DNA of 62,055 nt, counting the filler, from Circinaria calcarea (taxonomy: Eukaryota), in the NCBI GenBank assembly GCA_051942165.1. It is 18 parts of 18 records of this genome, joined end to end, with 100 filler letters (N's around TTAATTAATTAA, not from the genome) between each part and the next. Parts side by side here need not be neighbours in the genome. Positions count along the whole stretch, not along the records: positions 10,404 to 13,768 come from JAVECS010002872.1; positions 13,869 to 17,231 come from JAVECS010002873.1; positions 17,332 to 20,690 come from JAVECS010002874.1; positions 20,791 to 24,149 come from JAVECS010002875.1; 14 more parts are not named here. One strand, 5' to 3'. Under the pieces are notes generated by a model. That model searched no databases. It had not been told where the DNA came from and was given only the letters and a program-made list of their open reading frames with translations. Made by a program: the position numbers and the translations under genes. Below, piece by piece: positions 12,219 to 24,249 of this stretch. Each line of letters begins with the position of its first letter. Position 1 is the stretch's first letter.

Positions 12219-13617
12219 GGTCAATCTCAGAAATCCCAGTCAGGCCAGGCCGTTTACGAAGCTCCTATAGTAGTGATTGGCGCGAGAGACAAGCTTGGGT
12301 AGGATTGGCATTTGACATTTGACAACGATTCGATATCCTAGCTTGGCGCGCTAGTAAAATGCATTCCTAAAGAACCGACAAGTCTTAGGGTACCACATGC
12401 AAAATGATTGCTACACGGTACTATGGTCGCAAGCATAATAGATGTTAGCGTGGTCCTCTTGCAATAATTATATAAGGCCCAAATGACAGTTTATTTTCAT
12501 ACAGAAAGCTGGAATATACACCGTGGGATATCTTTTATATTACAGTTCCTTTTCCTAAGAATTTACACAGCCTTCGCTGACTATACCGGAATTGGTCGAA
12601 ATTCGCGCTAACATCTATTATGCCTGCGACCAACAGTATTGGCAAGATCCGTATATCAAAAATATCGCCAGATGATTGCCACAACGTTATGCAACTAGTA
12701 TTCCCCCATAAAATGTCGCTGCATCAGGGGCACTATCCGTTTATCCAGATGCCATGAGATAAAAGCTACAACTGTGGGTTAAAAGGCTCGAGCTCTCGGT
12801 AATGGGAATGAAAGCACGTCCCCCTATACACTTATGGTCTTTCAGCAGGCAACGACTTTTGCACAACCAGCCTCGATCTCAAAGGTAGAAGTCGACACCT
12901 GATTCTGACCGAGGCACTCGGGCAACTGTAGTTCATCCAGTAACAGAGCATAAAGACGACCTAATCATCCCCACTGTATCCAGGTGGTCATGACAAAGCT
13001 AGGGTTATCGACCCAGCACACGACTTTTGGCCACGACCCTCAACGCTAGATTGATGCCCTAGCCGTCACATGATGAAGTAGACGGGGTGTGGAGTCTGTT
13101 TTCATGTCGACCCTATGTAACTGCTTTGGAGCAGCACCGTAGAGCATGACGTTGTATGCTTGTATAAAGTGTGAATAACGCAATATGAGTACAGCTACAG
13201 CAGTATGACTCTGACGAGACTATGCTAGCTTCTTGAATATAATCACTGTCCATGTCACTTCAATGTTCTGGCATATGAATCATCGCAGAGGTCGAGTAAT
13301 ACATTGCTAGGCTTGGTGAGATTCGTTATATACCTCCGTGGTCTCGGAGCCTGCTTTGAGATGCTGTAGAAATATAGGAGCGATATGTCAGCTCTATATT
13401 ATTGAATCGTATCTCCATGATCTTTGTATTGCTGCTCCTATCTAGTACCAACTTCTGGCAACCAACAAGTGACTAATACTATAAGAGAAAGGCGAACGTA
13501 GCTACTGACAGAATTAGAAAAGCGAATGGAGATCTGAGGAAGAGTGGAGAAACGAGTAAACTCAGGCCTGCAACACAACTTGATTCCCCTTGCGCCTAAC
13601 TTCCGAAGTGGAAGCAC

Positions 13618-13768
13618 TCACAAATGACCTCTCCACGCATTGTTTAACCATAGCTCGAAAGGTTCAGGTATCACATTGACCATGCCGTTGAGGTTAGCGT
13701 CTGCGAAGTCGAATCTGCCCTCTCCCGTGGCCATTAACGTGTAAATGCGACGCTGCTCATGGAAATCT
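13618..13768 (-). CDS. C-terminal fragment, possibly NmrA/isoflavone-reductase-like
   Basis: Open frame from the contig edge: ..TLMATGEGRFDFADANLNGMVNVIPEPFELWLNNAWRGHL-TGA. The family assignment is weak. Confidence 0.35.
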
Positions 13769-13868
13769 NNNNNNNNNNNNNNNNNNNNNNNNNNNNNNNN
13801 NNNNNNNNNNNNTTAATTAATTAANNNNNNNNNNNNNNNNNNNNNNNNNNNNNNNNNNNNNNNNNNNN

Positions 13869-14824
13869 CTTCACCATGGCCTGCACCTTGACCGGGTGCG
13901 GGCTGTCGACCACTTTGAAGACATTGTCGCCGCTAACGAAGCCGAAGCCGGCCCAGGTGGATTGCAGGTTGTTGATGGCTTGGCGCATGTCGCCCTCGGC
14001 GCTGAAGACAAGTGCAGCGATGCCGTCGTCGGAGTAGGCAATGTCTTCCGCCGTGCAGATTTGCATGAGGCGGTGGACAACTTGGGCGTCTGTGAGGCGG
14101 GCGTAGCGGAGGATGGCGCAACGGGATTGAAGGGGCTCGATGATCTTGTTGGACTGGTTGCAGGCGAAGGCGAAGCGGGTGGTCGAGGAGTGGATTTCCA
14201 TCGTGCGCCGGAGGGCTTGTTGGGCGCCCGGGGTCATGCTGCGAAGAGGGAATCGGATTAGAGAAGTCGCCTTTGCAGGGGTTGGTGGAAGATGAGGGGA
14301 AACTACCTGTCTGCTTCGTCGAGGATGACGAGTTTTTGGCGGCCGGGTGGGAGGGTGACTTTTTTCTGGGCGAAGCCTTTTATTCGGTTTCGGACAACGT
14401 CGATACCTGCCGGACTCTATTCGTTAGCAGATGATCTCCATTGCTCGCGCAAAACTCCTGACCTCGTTCGTCACTAGCATTCAACTCCAGTACCGCCTCT
14501 TTGTAGGCGTCCCCCAGCATCTGCCGCGCGAGACAGAGAATCGATGTGGTCTTGCCAATGCCGGGCATACCGGATATGATGACATGGGGCATGTTGCCAT
14601 CTTTGGCAATGATTTTGAGCCGCTCAATGGTTTCCGTATTACCGACTATGTCGTCGAGATAGACGGGTCTATATTTCTCAACCCTAGGCAAGTGTAAGTA
14701 TTGTGCATTGAGGGTCGTTGACGAGGTTAGGATACCATGGGAGCTCATAGATCGTGCCTGCGCCACTGGTGTTGGGTTTGATACCATTACGGGCTCCGGC
14801 CGATGAAGATTCTGCCTTTACCAT
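13869..14824 (-). CDS. RFC4: Replication factor C small subunit (yeast Rfc4 / human RFC2), 3' truncated
   Basis: YELPW|VEKYRP, Walker [42 protein letters not shown] motif and [12 protein letters not shown]. Confidence 0.95.
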
Positions 14825-14979
14825 TGTACATCGGTTTTTCGAGGTGTTGCAACTGGGTGATGTCCAGTTCGCGGTGAAGTGGACGCGCTTTTCCACGAAA
14901 TCTCGTGATGCACGGCCGTTAGCGTATGGTACAGTGTATTTTGAGGCATGGATTTAATTTACATGAGCTCGCAACGCTA

Positions 14980-15605
14980 CCAGTGCGGACCACCAACTCG
15001 TATTCACTAGCGACTCGCAACTCGAAAATTTAAATACTTGAAATAAACCTACAAATATCACAACTCTTAATGATTTATTATGTGATGAAGATAATGCATG
15101 ATGTGAATTAAGTTTATAGCTCTACATCACTGTAAACACGTAGTTTATAGTTTTCTATGGTGTAGACGCTATGCTCAATGCGCTCCCCCCAAGTAATTGC
15201 ACGTTTTGCCACTTCGCTGCCAACTGCATATATTTCGCTGCGCTGCCAATTCATACGCTGTTGTAGTGCTATGCCAGCCTTCGCTGCTTCCTTTCCAATT
15301 GCTTTCAATGTATTTAGGTATCTTTTAGCCTGAAATTCTGCTGACCGCTGTGCTTTATTTAATTTAATAAGCGGAGGCTTATTACAGCTGATTTTAGACT
15401 TGAGTACGTGCTCTCGCTAACTAAATTGATCCCATGTTTGATTCTGTCCTCTATAGGCCAAGTTTCCGCCTCGATTTGTGCCATGGTTTTCCTTGTGGTT
15501 GTACTGAAATTAGGTGTGCATGAAAGAATTATATAGGGTTTCTACTAGATTTAAGGTTTGGGCGTTGCGAGTCGCTAGTGAATGCGAGTTGGTGGTCCGC
15601 ACTGG
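14980..15605. mobile_element. Non-autonomous Tc1/mariner(pogo)-type element (MITE/deletion derivative), 626 bp
   Basis: 42-bp TIRs at 14980-15021 and 15564-15605 (CCAGTGCGGACCACCAACTCGYATTCACTAGCGACTCGCAAC, 1 mismatch). TA on both flanks (14978-79 and 15606-07). AT-rich interior with minus-strand coding remnants. Confidence 0.9.
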
Positions 15606-15951
15606 TAGCCTCCTTTGGACGCTTGCGCTTTGCTGCCGCAGCCAGTCCCTCCCTTAGACTACCATGTATCACTGGTTGAAGGAAGGTTGGCCACTGAACC
15701 GCAAGGCGGAACATTCATAGATGATCCTTATGGCGTTATACTACAGGGATATTCGGGTTTACTCAGGCGTCTTCCGTTGCTCATATATGTCTACAGTGGA
15801 AGTAGCTGGCGCGTTTAATCATGTACTTGGTGAAACCAATAATCAACAGCTGTATCTCTTACTATTTGACCATACTTGTTCCTCACAAGTCTTTTCCCTT
15901 CTCTGAAGAGCTAACATAATCAAAATACATTTCGTCTTAGATTCGATCAAG

Positions 15952-17231
15952 ATGAGCCGCATTGTGAAGCTGATTGGCTCTGGCATTGGCCTTGCCTCAG
16001 AGGCTATTGCAGCACGAAAAGCACCTCCTCCCGGGATCAATGGCAGCGGAAGTACAGGAGATACCACCCAAAGCCATAGTACATCTCTCTAGCCCAAGCA
16101 CATTTCAAGAAGCTAATGGCAGAAGCTCAACCTATGTCCGCAGAGGACGACCACAACAGTCACGAGAACTCAGACGATAGACTGACAGAAACCGACGGAG
16201 CAGACTAGGAACTTGATGAAGCAGATGAACCTGCTAGCTCAGAAAATCTGTCTCCTGATAGCAACCGACATACCAACGTTGAGGGAATCGTCAACTCCTC
16301 TGTCATCCGGCATTCTGTACCTGCGAATAGCACCACTTTGGGTCAGCTCCCATGTCCCGTCATTATCCCCCAGCGGAGGCCTCGGAATAAGAGCCGTGGC
16401 TTTGTGCATGCCTATGCTCCTGTCCTCTTGGACTGCGGCATCGACCAGGCCACTTTTTTGCATTTCCTAAGCTCTTTTGATCGGGCGAGTAAAGTATGTC
16501 AGTTTTGACATCTCATATCCAGGTACTCCTCAGTTCTTTCCCGCTAATAAGTGTCCTCCTCGTCCAGGTATCCCCAATGTTCATTTTCATTAACGCTGCC
16601 GCTTCGGCCTCCACTTTATTCCTAGCATTGCCTTCCAAGCCGCAGCAACAGCCCTTGCCATGACCAAAAATAATTGGAGAGGTCCAGACGCGGAAAAGGT
16701 TCTACTTCATCCCTTTCGCTCATATGCCCCCATCAACTACACAGCCCTTTCTCTAACTTAGGCCTCTCCACCACGGCAGAACCAACTCCTTCCTCGGCCT
16801 AGTAAACCAGCACTTCTTTATCCCCGCCGCCTCTTCTGCCTTCTCTCAACATACAAACCGAACAACCGCAGTTTCCCATACGAACCCTTCGACATCTCGC
16901 ACACTGTCGCCCGACCCCTTGCGCCACCTGCCTCAGGCCTCTGCCGCCACCTTGACAGCCTCAAAATATCCAGCGGGCTGGACCCCAGCAAGCTTAACAT
17001 TCCCGAAGCAGTACCTTTAGTCTTCCCGACTCTGGACGCGGCGGCATCAGACCATCAGATGCAGAAACAGAATGCCCTCAAACGGGCTAAGAACTTCGTC
17101 GCGGACTACTATGATCGCCGGACGCAGGCCGTATATGTAACACCACCCCCACCCCTTGCCCTTACCTAATCCTTATCTCTATCCTTTTTCCCCTGGGCAA
17201 ACAGCTAACTCAACCCCACCTCCTCCCTCTC
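15952..17231 (+). pseudogene. Disrupted copy of a conserved Pezizomycotina hypothetical gene
   Basis: Motifs MSRIVKLIGSGIGLASEAI, GQLPCPVIIPQRRPRNKSRGFVHAYAPVLLDCGIDQATFL and FVADYYDRRTQA. Stops at 16090 (TAG) and 16206 (D*ELDEA), plus frameshifts. Confidence 0.7.
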
Positions 17232-17331
17232 NNNNNNNNNNNNNNNNNNNNNNNNNNNNNNNNNNNNNNNNNNNNTTAATTAATTAANNNNNNNNNNNNN
17301 NNNNNNNNNNNNNNNNNNNNNNNNNNNNNNN

Positions 17332-17509
17332 TGAAATAAAGCTTTTATAAATTTAAATTTTTTTTAATTATATTTAAAGAATATTAAATAGGTCTGGAAT
17401 ATTAATACTCTCAGCTAATTAATACTTATTTATTAGGTTACCCCCGTTTGGCTTTATATAATTTTATTATGCATTTATAAAGCTATATTATGTTAATGGA
17501 CCTAGTGTA
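17332..17509. mobile_element. AT-rich (RIP-like) repeat relic, possible transposon end
   Basis: Very AT-rich and TpA-rich block ending abruptly at ..GGACCTAGTG-TA. Only one end is visible. Confidence 0.3.
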
Positions 17510-18537
17510 GCCAATACGAATACATAGTTTCTACCAGCCTGCCGGCCGTGCTTTACAGCATCGGGCCACGCGTATGATAAAAAAGTCGGCACGGTCCAGC
17601 ATTTAGCGACACCTAAACTCAGCACCATGTACAATTTTGACTGTGCCAACTTTTTTGTTATGCGCGTGCGGGCTTAGCCCATTGGTGCCGTGCTCCTGAG
17701 CATAACAAATTTCTAGCAAAAAAAACCTAAACCCCCCAAATCTATCTATTTGTGCGTGTAGGTAATCGGAATAACATGCGCCCGATGAGCTAACCGCAAA
17801 GGGTTGACAAATCATGAGAGTGCGTGGCAGTAATTGAAATATAGAGGGGATATTACTGCAATTGAGTCCAAATCCCAATCGCTCCCCCCTTTGGTCATTT
17901 TCCCCTTCTGTTTCCTCCAATCAGACCGAGATTTTTGTGGAAATAATTGAGAAATGTGGGCAAGCTTGGGTATCGCTCCAGACTTTCAGCTCCTACGATA
18001 GTTCAAGTTTCACTATCTGATACCCACACCAACACTATAAACTTAGGCAGTCCATAAAATGCCCCATGTTCGCAGAGCGTTCAGATTATCGTCTCCGGAA
18101 TGGCATTTCATAGTCCGAGGGACTTAGGATCTTCGCTTCCTTATCTAAGACCTATGTCTTATACCTCTACATTTGATGAAGCACTGGAGGAAACGGTGAG
18201 CAGCCCACTCCTCGATGGAGCTTTCAACAGGACCGGGCTATTGGAAGGCTCGATGCTACAATGCGTTCAAACACCTATGACCGATTTTCGTATGCGGGTG
18301 CTGCGAACGAGGACAGGGTGACCGGCTATGGACTTTGAACGGAGTAATATGAGCTTGGCACAGTATAAATTTGGACAGGTCTCTGCCAATTGACCGAACC
18401 TGGATTCAAACAGAAAACAAGGGATGTCAGAGATGTTGCGAATACGATGGTCTAGTGATTCCAGTTTCGTAGGTATCTTCCTCTGATTCTCAAGATCACT
18501 CACGGCATTTGTGTAAGACAAAAGGCTCTCAGGTCAG

Positions 18538-18982
18538 TCACATCCCCGTTTTCACGAGCCCAGTAACCTTCTCTTCAATCTCTTTATCATTGAGACCTGC
18601 AAAGAGCGTCAGACTCTCCTGTGTCTCAGTCAGATTTCTGCTCACATACCGGATAAGTATTCTTGCTTCTCTTTTCCGAACTCTGACGGAAGATAATTAA
18701 TTGACGCACTTTCCAATCAAATTCATTGTACATACCATATCTGGCGAAGACCCTGGGCTCTATCCCCATAGCTTCACGTAGCATAATTGGTGTGTGAGGA
18801 TTGTTCTTCTTCATTGTTGGATATGCTCTTGTAAGGAAAGACCTATTACCATTAGCTAGTTGATCGGTCACATGGAGCAGCGGACTCTGAATAAACCTTG
18901 TAGCTGCGCTGTGCTCCGACGTTTGGCAAAACAGGAAGCGCACCTCCTTCAAAGATTTGACGAAGGCATATTTGCTTGACAT
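18538..18982 (-). CDS. NDUFA2: NADH:ubiquinone oxidoreductase B8 / 10.5-kDa subunit (NDUFA2 homolog)
   Basis: Four exons: MSSKYAFVKSLKEVRFLFCQTSEHSAATR|SFLTRAYPTMKKNNPHTPIMLREA..PRVFARY|EFGKEKQE..|LNDKEIEEKVTGLVK. Confidence 0.9.
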
Positions 18983-19235
18983 TGCGCCTCCTTATACTCC
19001 GTTGGCTTGGTGTTCCCCGGTACCAGATGAGCGCGGACCTTCCAGAGGTCGTTGATAACACAGGGCTGAGGGTAAGATGGAACCGATGCGCGCTTGATAA
19101 CAAATCCGACGTGACACCAAAATTCACCGTAAGCGCGAAAGTCCCAACATCACTTCATCCGAGGACCGGAGCGTCCCTACCAAAACCCACCATCAAACAC
19201 CTGATGCTTGCGCCTCTCCTGAACCGTCACCTCCG

Positions 19236-19905
19236 ATGATGTCTACCCGTACGGGCTTCCGTTTGCTTCAAATTTCGCGGGTAGCAAGAGGAAAGCCAAA
19301 CAGAGCGATAGGCTGCAAATACCAGACTACCGGCGCGGCCCCGAACACACCAGCTCAGAGTCTCGTACAGCGACTATGGCATAGTCCCGTTGGCGTCAAG
19401 ACCGTACACTTCTGGTAAGGTTACACTTAATATAAATAGCCCCTTCTAATGTTCAATAGGGCCCCTGTGATGAAGGTATATCTCTAACTGCATGTTACTT
19501 TGCAGCGCAATGTCTGACCTGAGAAGTGGGCTCTTGTTCTTGCCGGTGTCAGTGATTTCTCACGGCCAGCTGAGAAGCTGTCTCTGACCCAGAATCTTGC
19601 CCTTACTGCTACGGGTGCTATATGGACACGATGGTGCTTGATTATTAAGCCTAGGAATGTTCTGTAAGGTTACAGAGACCATTGGCATCGGATTTTGCTG
19701 ACCGTCCATAAGCTTGGCGGCGGTCAATTTCTTTCTCGGCTGCGTAGGGATAACTCAAGTTACTCGGATATTGTTGTATCAGCGCTCTTTAACAAGCAGT
19801 ACCCTGTCGCAAATTGCCCAAGAAGATGCGAAGGATATTGCAGAGGCCACAAAGACGATCGCCAGCGACCCAAATGGGGCTGCTGAGAGCGCCTTGAAGA
19901 GGTAG
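19236..19905 (+). CDS. MPC2: Mitochondrial pyruvate carrier subunit (MPC2 type)
   Basis: SPVGVKTVHFW|APVMK|WALVLAG..RPAEKLSLTQN..GAIWTRWCLIIKPRN|LAAVNFF. Includes a 16-nt micro-exon at about 19460-19475. Confidence 0.92.
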
Positions 19906-20394
19906 TAAATCCGAAAAACGGTGCCGGAGTTCTCGTCGTCGACTGTACATATATTCGCTATTAGCGTTAAAAGTATATGCCAATACACGCTACAATGGAA
20001 GATCTAGCACGGGATGGCTCTTCGCGGGGAGGTTATGCATATACGAACATTTCAAATTCAACGCTTTCTTCCAGGATCCCTCCGTGTAAACCTATCCTAT
20101 ATGAACATGTAGTTATCATCAGTTGACTGCGGTTATAAAAAACTGATTCAAATCGGGGATTACATGAAATGGGAACACAATGAATGTTGACTGAATCTAC
20201 GTAGGACTCACTTCTGCCCAACAGCTTCTGAAATTGAGAGTACCAGCCAGATTTAGATACGAGTAATGCGACACTAGTTTTCTGCGCCAACCTTAATTCC
20301 GTAAACAAAGGGCGGGCAGATTATCAGATTCTACCCTTCCCATCCTTACGCACTCGTATCAGAGTCAGATACACGTCACAAGTCAATAGACAAC

Positions 20395-20690
20395 ATGAAT
20401 TCCAGCCGAGAAAGCGTCGGACACCCTACACAGTTTCATGCTGTACCGCTTGAAGAGCGAGCATTCGATCCGCAGGGAAACCGCTTGCCCTGGGCTTTAG
20501 AATGGGCAGAGTCTGTACTCTGAAGAGTCCATTGATTTGCTTTTAGCTCACTAAATTTCTAGTGGTCACCCGAATGCAAGTCATAAAAAGCGACAGCCAG
20601 AAGAAAGAGGACCGTTTGGAAAGTCAACATGGCGGAAAGGCTCATCGCGAGTGACGAGAACACAAACACCCGCCAAAAAGGAGAATACTG
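20395..20690 (+). CDS. N-terminus of a probable Nup53/Nup35-like nucleoporin, 3' truncated
   Basis: FHAVPLEERAFDPQGNRLPW, intron, then PEERGPFGKS..RTQTPAKKEN. Resembles the N-termini of fungal proteins annotated Nup53-like (from recall). Confidence 0.45.
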
Positions 20691-20790
20691 NNNNNNNNNN
20701 NNNNNNNNNNNNNNNNNNNNNNNNNNNNNNNNNNTTAATTAATTAANNNNNNNNNNNNNNNNNNNNNNNNNNNNNNNNNNNNNNNNNNNN

Positions 20791-21334
20791 ATGTATACCA
20801 AGCGAAGATATCGCTACGATTAGCAGTCGGACTCAGTTGCGCCAGCGTAGACTCTTCAATGGCTCGAAATGGGCCAATCTCATTGCCACTGATCGATTAT
20901 CATTCTCTGTCTCTCCGCCCTTTTCAAGACCGTAGACTGTCTCACCTTGGACTTATGACTCCAACAACACTCGCAACAACTAGCACCCAGTAATTCCCAC
21001 TGAGCGCAAACACCACCCCACTCACACTCATCAAACCCGCCCCCATACCCAGAATTCTTCTCCTTCCCAAGCCATCGGCAAAGAGCGTCAGAATAAAACT
21101 TATGACCACATCTCCCAATAAAGTCAGGGTCATAAAGAGCCCTATCCGAGCGTTGCTGATGCCTAGGCTGGAGAGGTAGAGAACAAGAATCAGGGTAGAA
21201 GCTCCATATGCAAAACGACGGGTGAAACGCTGTAAGCATAGGAGTTTAGTGTCTCGGGATGACTGGAGAATAGAATAGATCCCAAGCTCGGTTCCTATGC
21301 GGGAGAAAAGGGGAACGGGTGTATTAGGAGCCAT
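20791..21334 (-). CDS. MFS transporter, 3' truncated
   Basis: Hydrophobic helices, motif A ADGLGRRRIL, and GVISP|SGNEIGPFRAIEESTLAQL. Confidence 0.88.
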
Positions 21335-22025
21335 CTATGGATAGAGGACCACATGGAATACCAGTGCGGCTTTTGACCGTTGAAAAAGACTGTTTAAGCT
21401 ATCGATGTGTATAATAGTACAAGCAGACAAGAGTCCCAGCAAGCAATGCAGATTCGCTGTATTAATCCAACCTGCTGGGGGAGCTGTTTAGATACATGCT
21501 GGGCCGGAGGAGAATTATGGTTCGTGCGCAAGCTTGGGCTCGCATCAAAGATCAACCACGCAGCTCCTACATATTACCACGTTACGGCGCTGACTCACGC
21601 ACTTCTACTAGGAATCCATATTCTTAGATTACAACGGATAGGTAGGACAACTTCAACCCATCCCATCAAAAAGCTTCATGGCCCTGTTGTTTTTGTTTAC
21701 GGTATTGATACGTTTGTTGGCATATCTTGTTGCAAAGAAATCCATTGAACCATTGACCTCAGATACAGTTTTCACTTGATACTTCTCCGAAATTTTCATC
21801 TGGTATGCTTTCATTTGCATTCAGTGTGCCATTCTTACCTCCAAACTGAGAATTTAGTTATTTCTGTCCCTCGCTTGTTCGGTTGCCCAACTGGAATTGA
21901 TCACATACTCTTAGCTCTTGCATATCCGTGGTAGAACACTCACTATTTCCCTTTCGGGACTGTCCTTCAGACCTCCACCACCATTCTAGTTGATCCTCCC
22001 AAAGGCGGGCCTTGCGACCTTCGCC

Positions 22026-22450
22026 ATGGAAAGCTACCTCATTAGCCCTCAGCGTCCCACCTCATCGTGACACACCACTCTCCAAGATGTCTTGGAGTTC
22101 GCAGGTGCCCAAGGCCCGAAATCCACTCCAAGTGCCCTCCCCACCGAGAGCCTCCTCGAGATAGTAGACGACCTCCTCTATCGGAGCACAGACACTCTCT
22201 GGCACGCCTGCCGCCGTTTGCGGGACCTCTTCCCGGTAAAAGGAGACTCGAGAAGCAAATGGATGCGCTCGATTGAGAAATATGACATCGCGTAAATTGT
22301 CCCACGGGCCTCGAGGTTGTTGATGGAGTGAGAGGAAAAGCACTTCTTCTGGAAGTGTCCCACGCCATTTGGAAATGGTGCACAGGGCATTAATTAATAT
22401 CGAGTCGGATGAGGCATTCCTTGAGAAGGGTGAGTTTGTTAGGAGGCAGG
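22026..22450 (+). pseudogene. Possible F-box gene relic
   Basis: SALPTESLLEIVDDLLYRSTDTLWHACRRLRDLFP matches F-box spacing (LP.E....I...L......L...CRR). Flanked by multiple stops. Confidence 0.35.
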
Positions 22451-24249
22451 CAGCGCAGGTCGAGGAAGCATGCCTTCTGCAGGGCTGAGAGGTGTTGTGC
22501 GATTACAGAAGAAAGGGTGTGATGTTGTGAGGGAGAAAAGACAGGAGGACCCATCGTGGGCCGAGAACTCAGGGGGCAATATCTGCTGTCGATGGTCAAT
22601 GGGTTTTAGGTCTGGAGGTGGACCTATATCACGACCTTCTAGACATCTTTCTACCAATCTCTATGCCGACAATACGCCGAATTTCCAGGCGACTACCTTT
22701 TCCCTTTATTCCTTCTCTTTCTGGATTGTCTTTCCCAACGTCCTCCCCTATCATCCTCTCCCATCGTCCCAAGACCCCAAGATTATCTCTATAGCATTCC
22801 ATGCCTATGTCAATAGGGGAAACGGATATGTCTGAAAAAATGGAGATATGAAGAGACTGATGAGATCTGACTAGGTAAGACGACCTATCTAGTGCGTCTG
22901 ATGTGTCCCATATCTCAGAAGGAAAATACCGTGACTTCCGTCATCAGGCCTTACCTCCTTTCCTGCCAAAAACCCCCGCACTCCGCCTCATGGACCATGA
23001 AACCATCCGTCATCTTGTCAATAGAATAATCCTGCACCCACATCAGAAATGCATTGCCCTACGATTACGTTGGATGACACGCAAGCCTCCGGCTGTTTTG
23101 CGGGGTTATGTCAAGTTTAGCCATTCCCAGACAGGTGCCAAAATATGGAGAGGTTTTACCGAGTTCCGATTGCATCCTTGTTCCCGGGTAAAAATAGTGA
23201 TGAAAGTTCCCAAAGCTGATGGAGAAACTCGGGATAACCTTAATACTCGAAGCTCTGATTCCTCAGTTTAGCGAGGTAAGATGGAGCTAAGCTTTCTTCT
23301 CTGGGGCGTCTCACAGGGAATATGACACGCAGGGGGAGATTGTGGCTTGGGATTTGGAGATCTTTCCGGTGTAGTACAATATCGGCTTTTTGATGATGAA
23401 ATTGGATTGATGCGAGGGGGGTGCTGGAAGATGATGAGACTGGTATGCTCGGACGAGTAGATGTCGAGTTCTGAGAGGATGGGAGGAATTTGTGATATGT
23501 AATAGCAATGGCAAGATAGAGAAGGGCCGGAGAAAGCCCAGAAGATTTGTGGGAATGGTGGGCGATCGGAGCAGCGACGGTGTTGGTGCGGCACTATTCT
23601 AGGCTGTTCGAGCTCGGTGTTCGAAGGCAGCTACGGCATTCACTCGATATTCTTACTTCCACGGTAGCCTGGGAGGTTGACGGTTGCTAGCTACTGGGCT
23701 GAAAAGCTGCCATAGGCCCGGCAGTGCTCTCCTGTCTTTATCGAACCTCTTGATGGAGGTGCTTAAGGTAAATGGGGAGGAACATCTGGATCTCGCTGCT
23801 GTGACGACATTCTTCGGATACAGAGCATCCTGCAGTTGTGAGGCAGGTTGAACCTGAAACGACACTCTCTATACACAAAGGTGTCTTGGTGGTCGACAGA
23901 CTGTTTATGCTGTAGTCTGGCCAGTATCAAGCTTGCCCGTGGTGCGCTCATCAATGCTCCATAAGAAGGATCACGTCCTCCAAAACGTGACCCCCAAAAC
24001 CCCGACAGATTGAGCCCGGCCGTAGTCCCAAAGAGGAAACGCGTGGAGATGAACCTTGAAGACACAACAGTCCCAGCACACCTCATCTTAGCATCATCAT
24101 CATTGATTTTCTTCCGTCTTCTTCACCACGTCGTCTTCCACTCGTTCAGNNNNNNNNNNNNNNNNNNNNNNNNNNNNNNNNNNNNNNNNNNNNTTAATTA
24201 ATTAANNNNNNNNNNNNNNNNNNNNNNNNNNNNNNNNNNNNNNNNNNNN

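Noticed and set aside
12419..12432. 14-bp match TACTATGGTCGCAA shared with 39432-39445
   Set aside because: Several 14-mer matches are expected by chance in 62 kb, and the match does not extend.
16206..16208. TAG at conserved Trp positions (also 53382) as candidates for A-to-I stop-codon restoration
   Set aside because: Both genes also carry frameshifts that editing cannot repair. Ordinary G-to-A decay is more parsimonious.
22900..24149. Several short ORFs on both strands
   Set aside because: No recognisable motifs or coherent splice structure.
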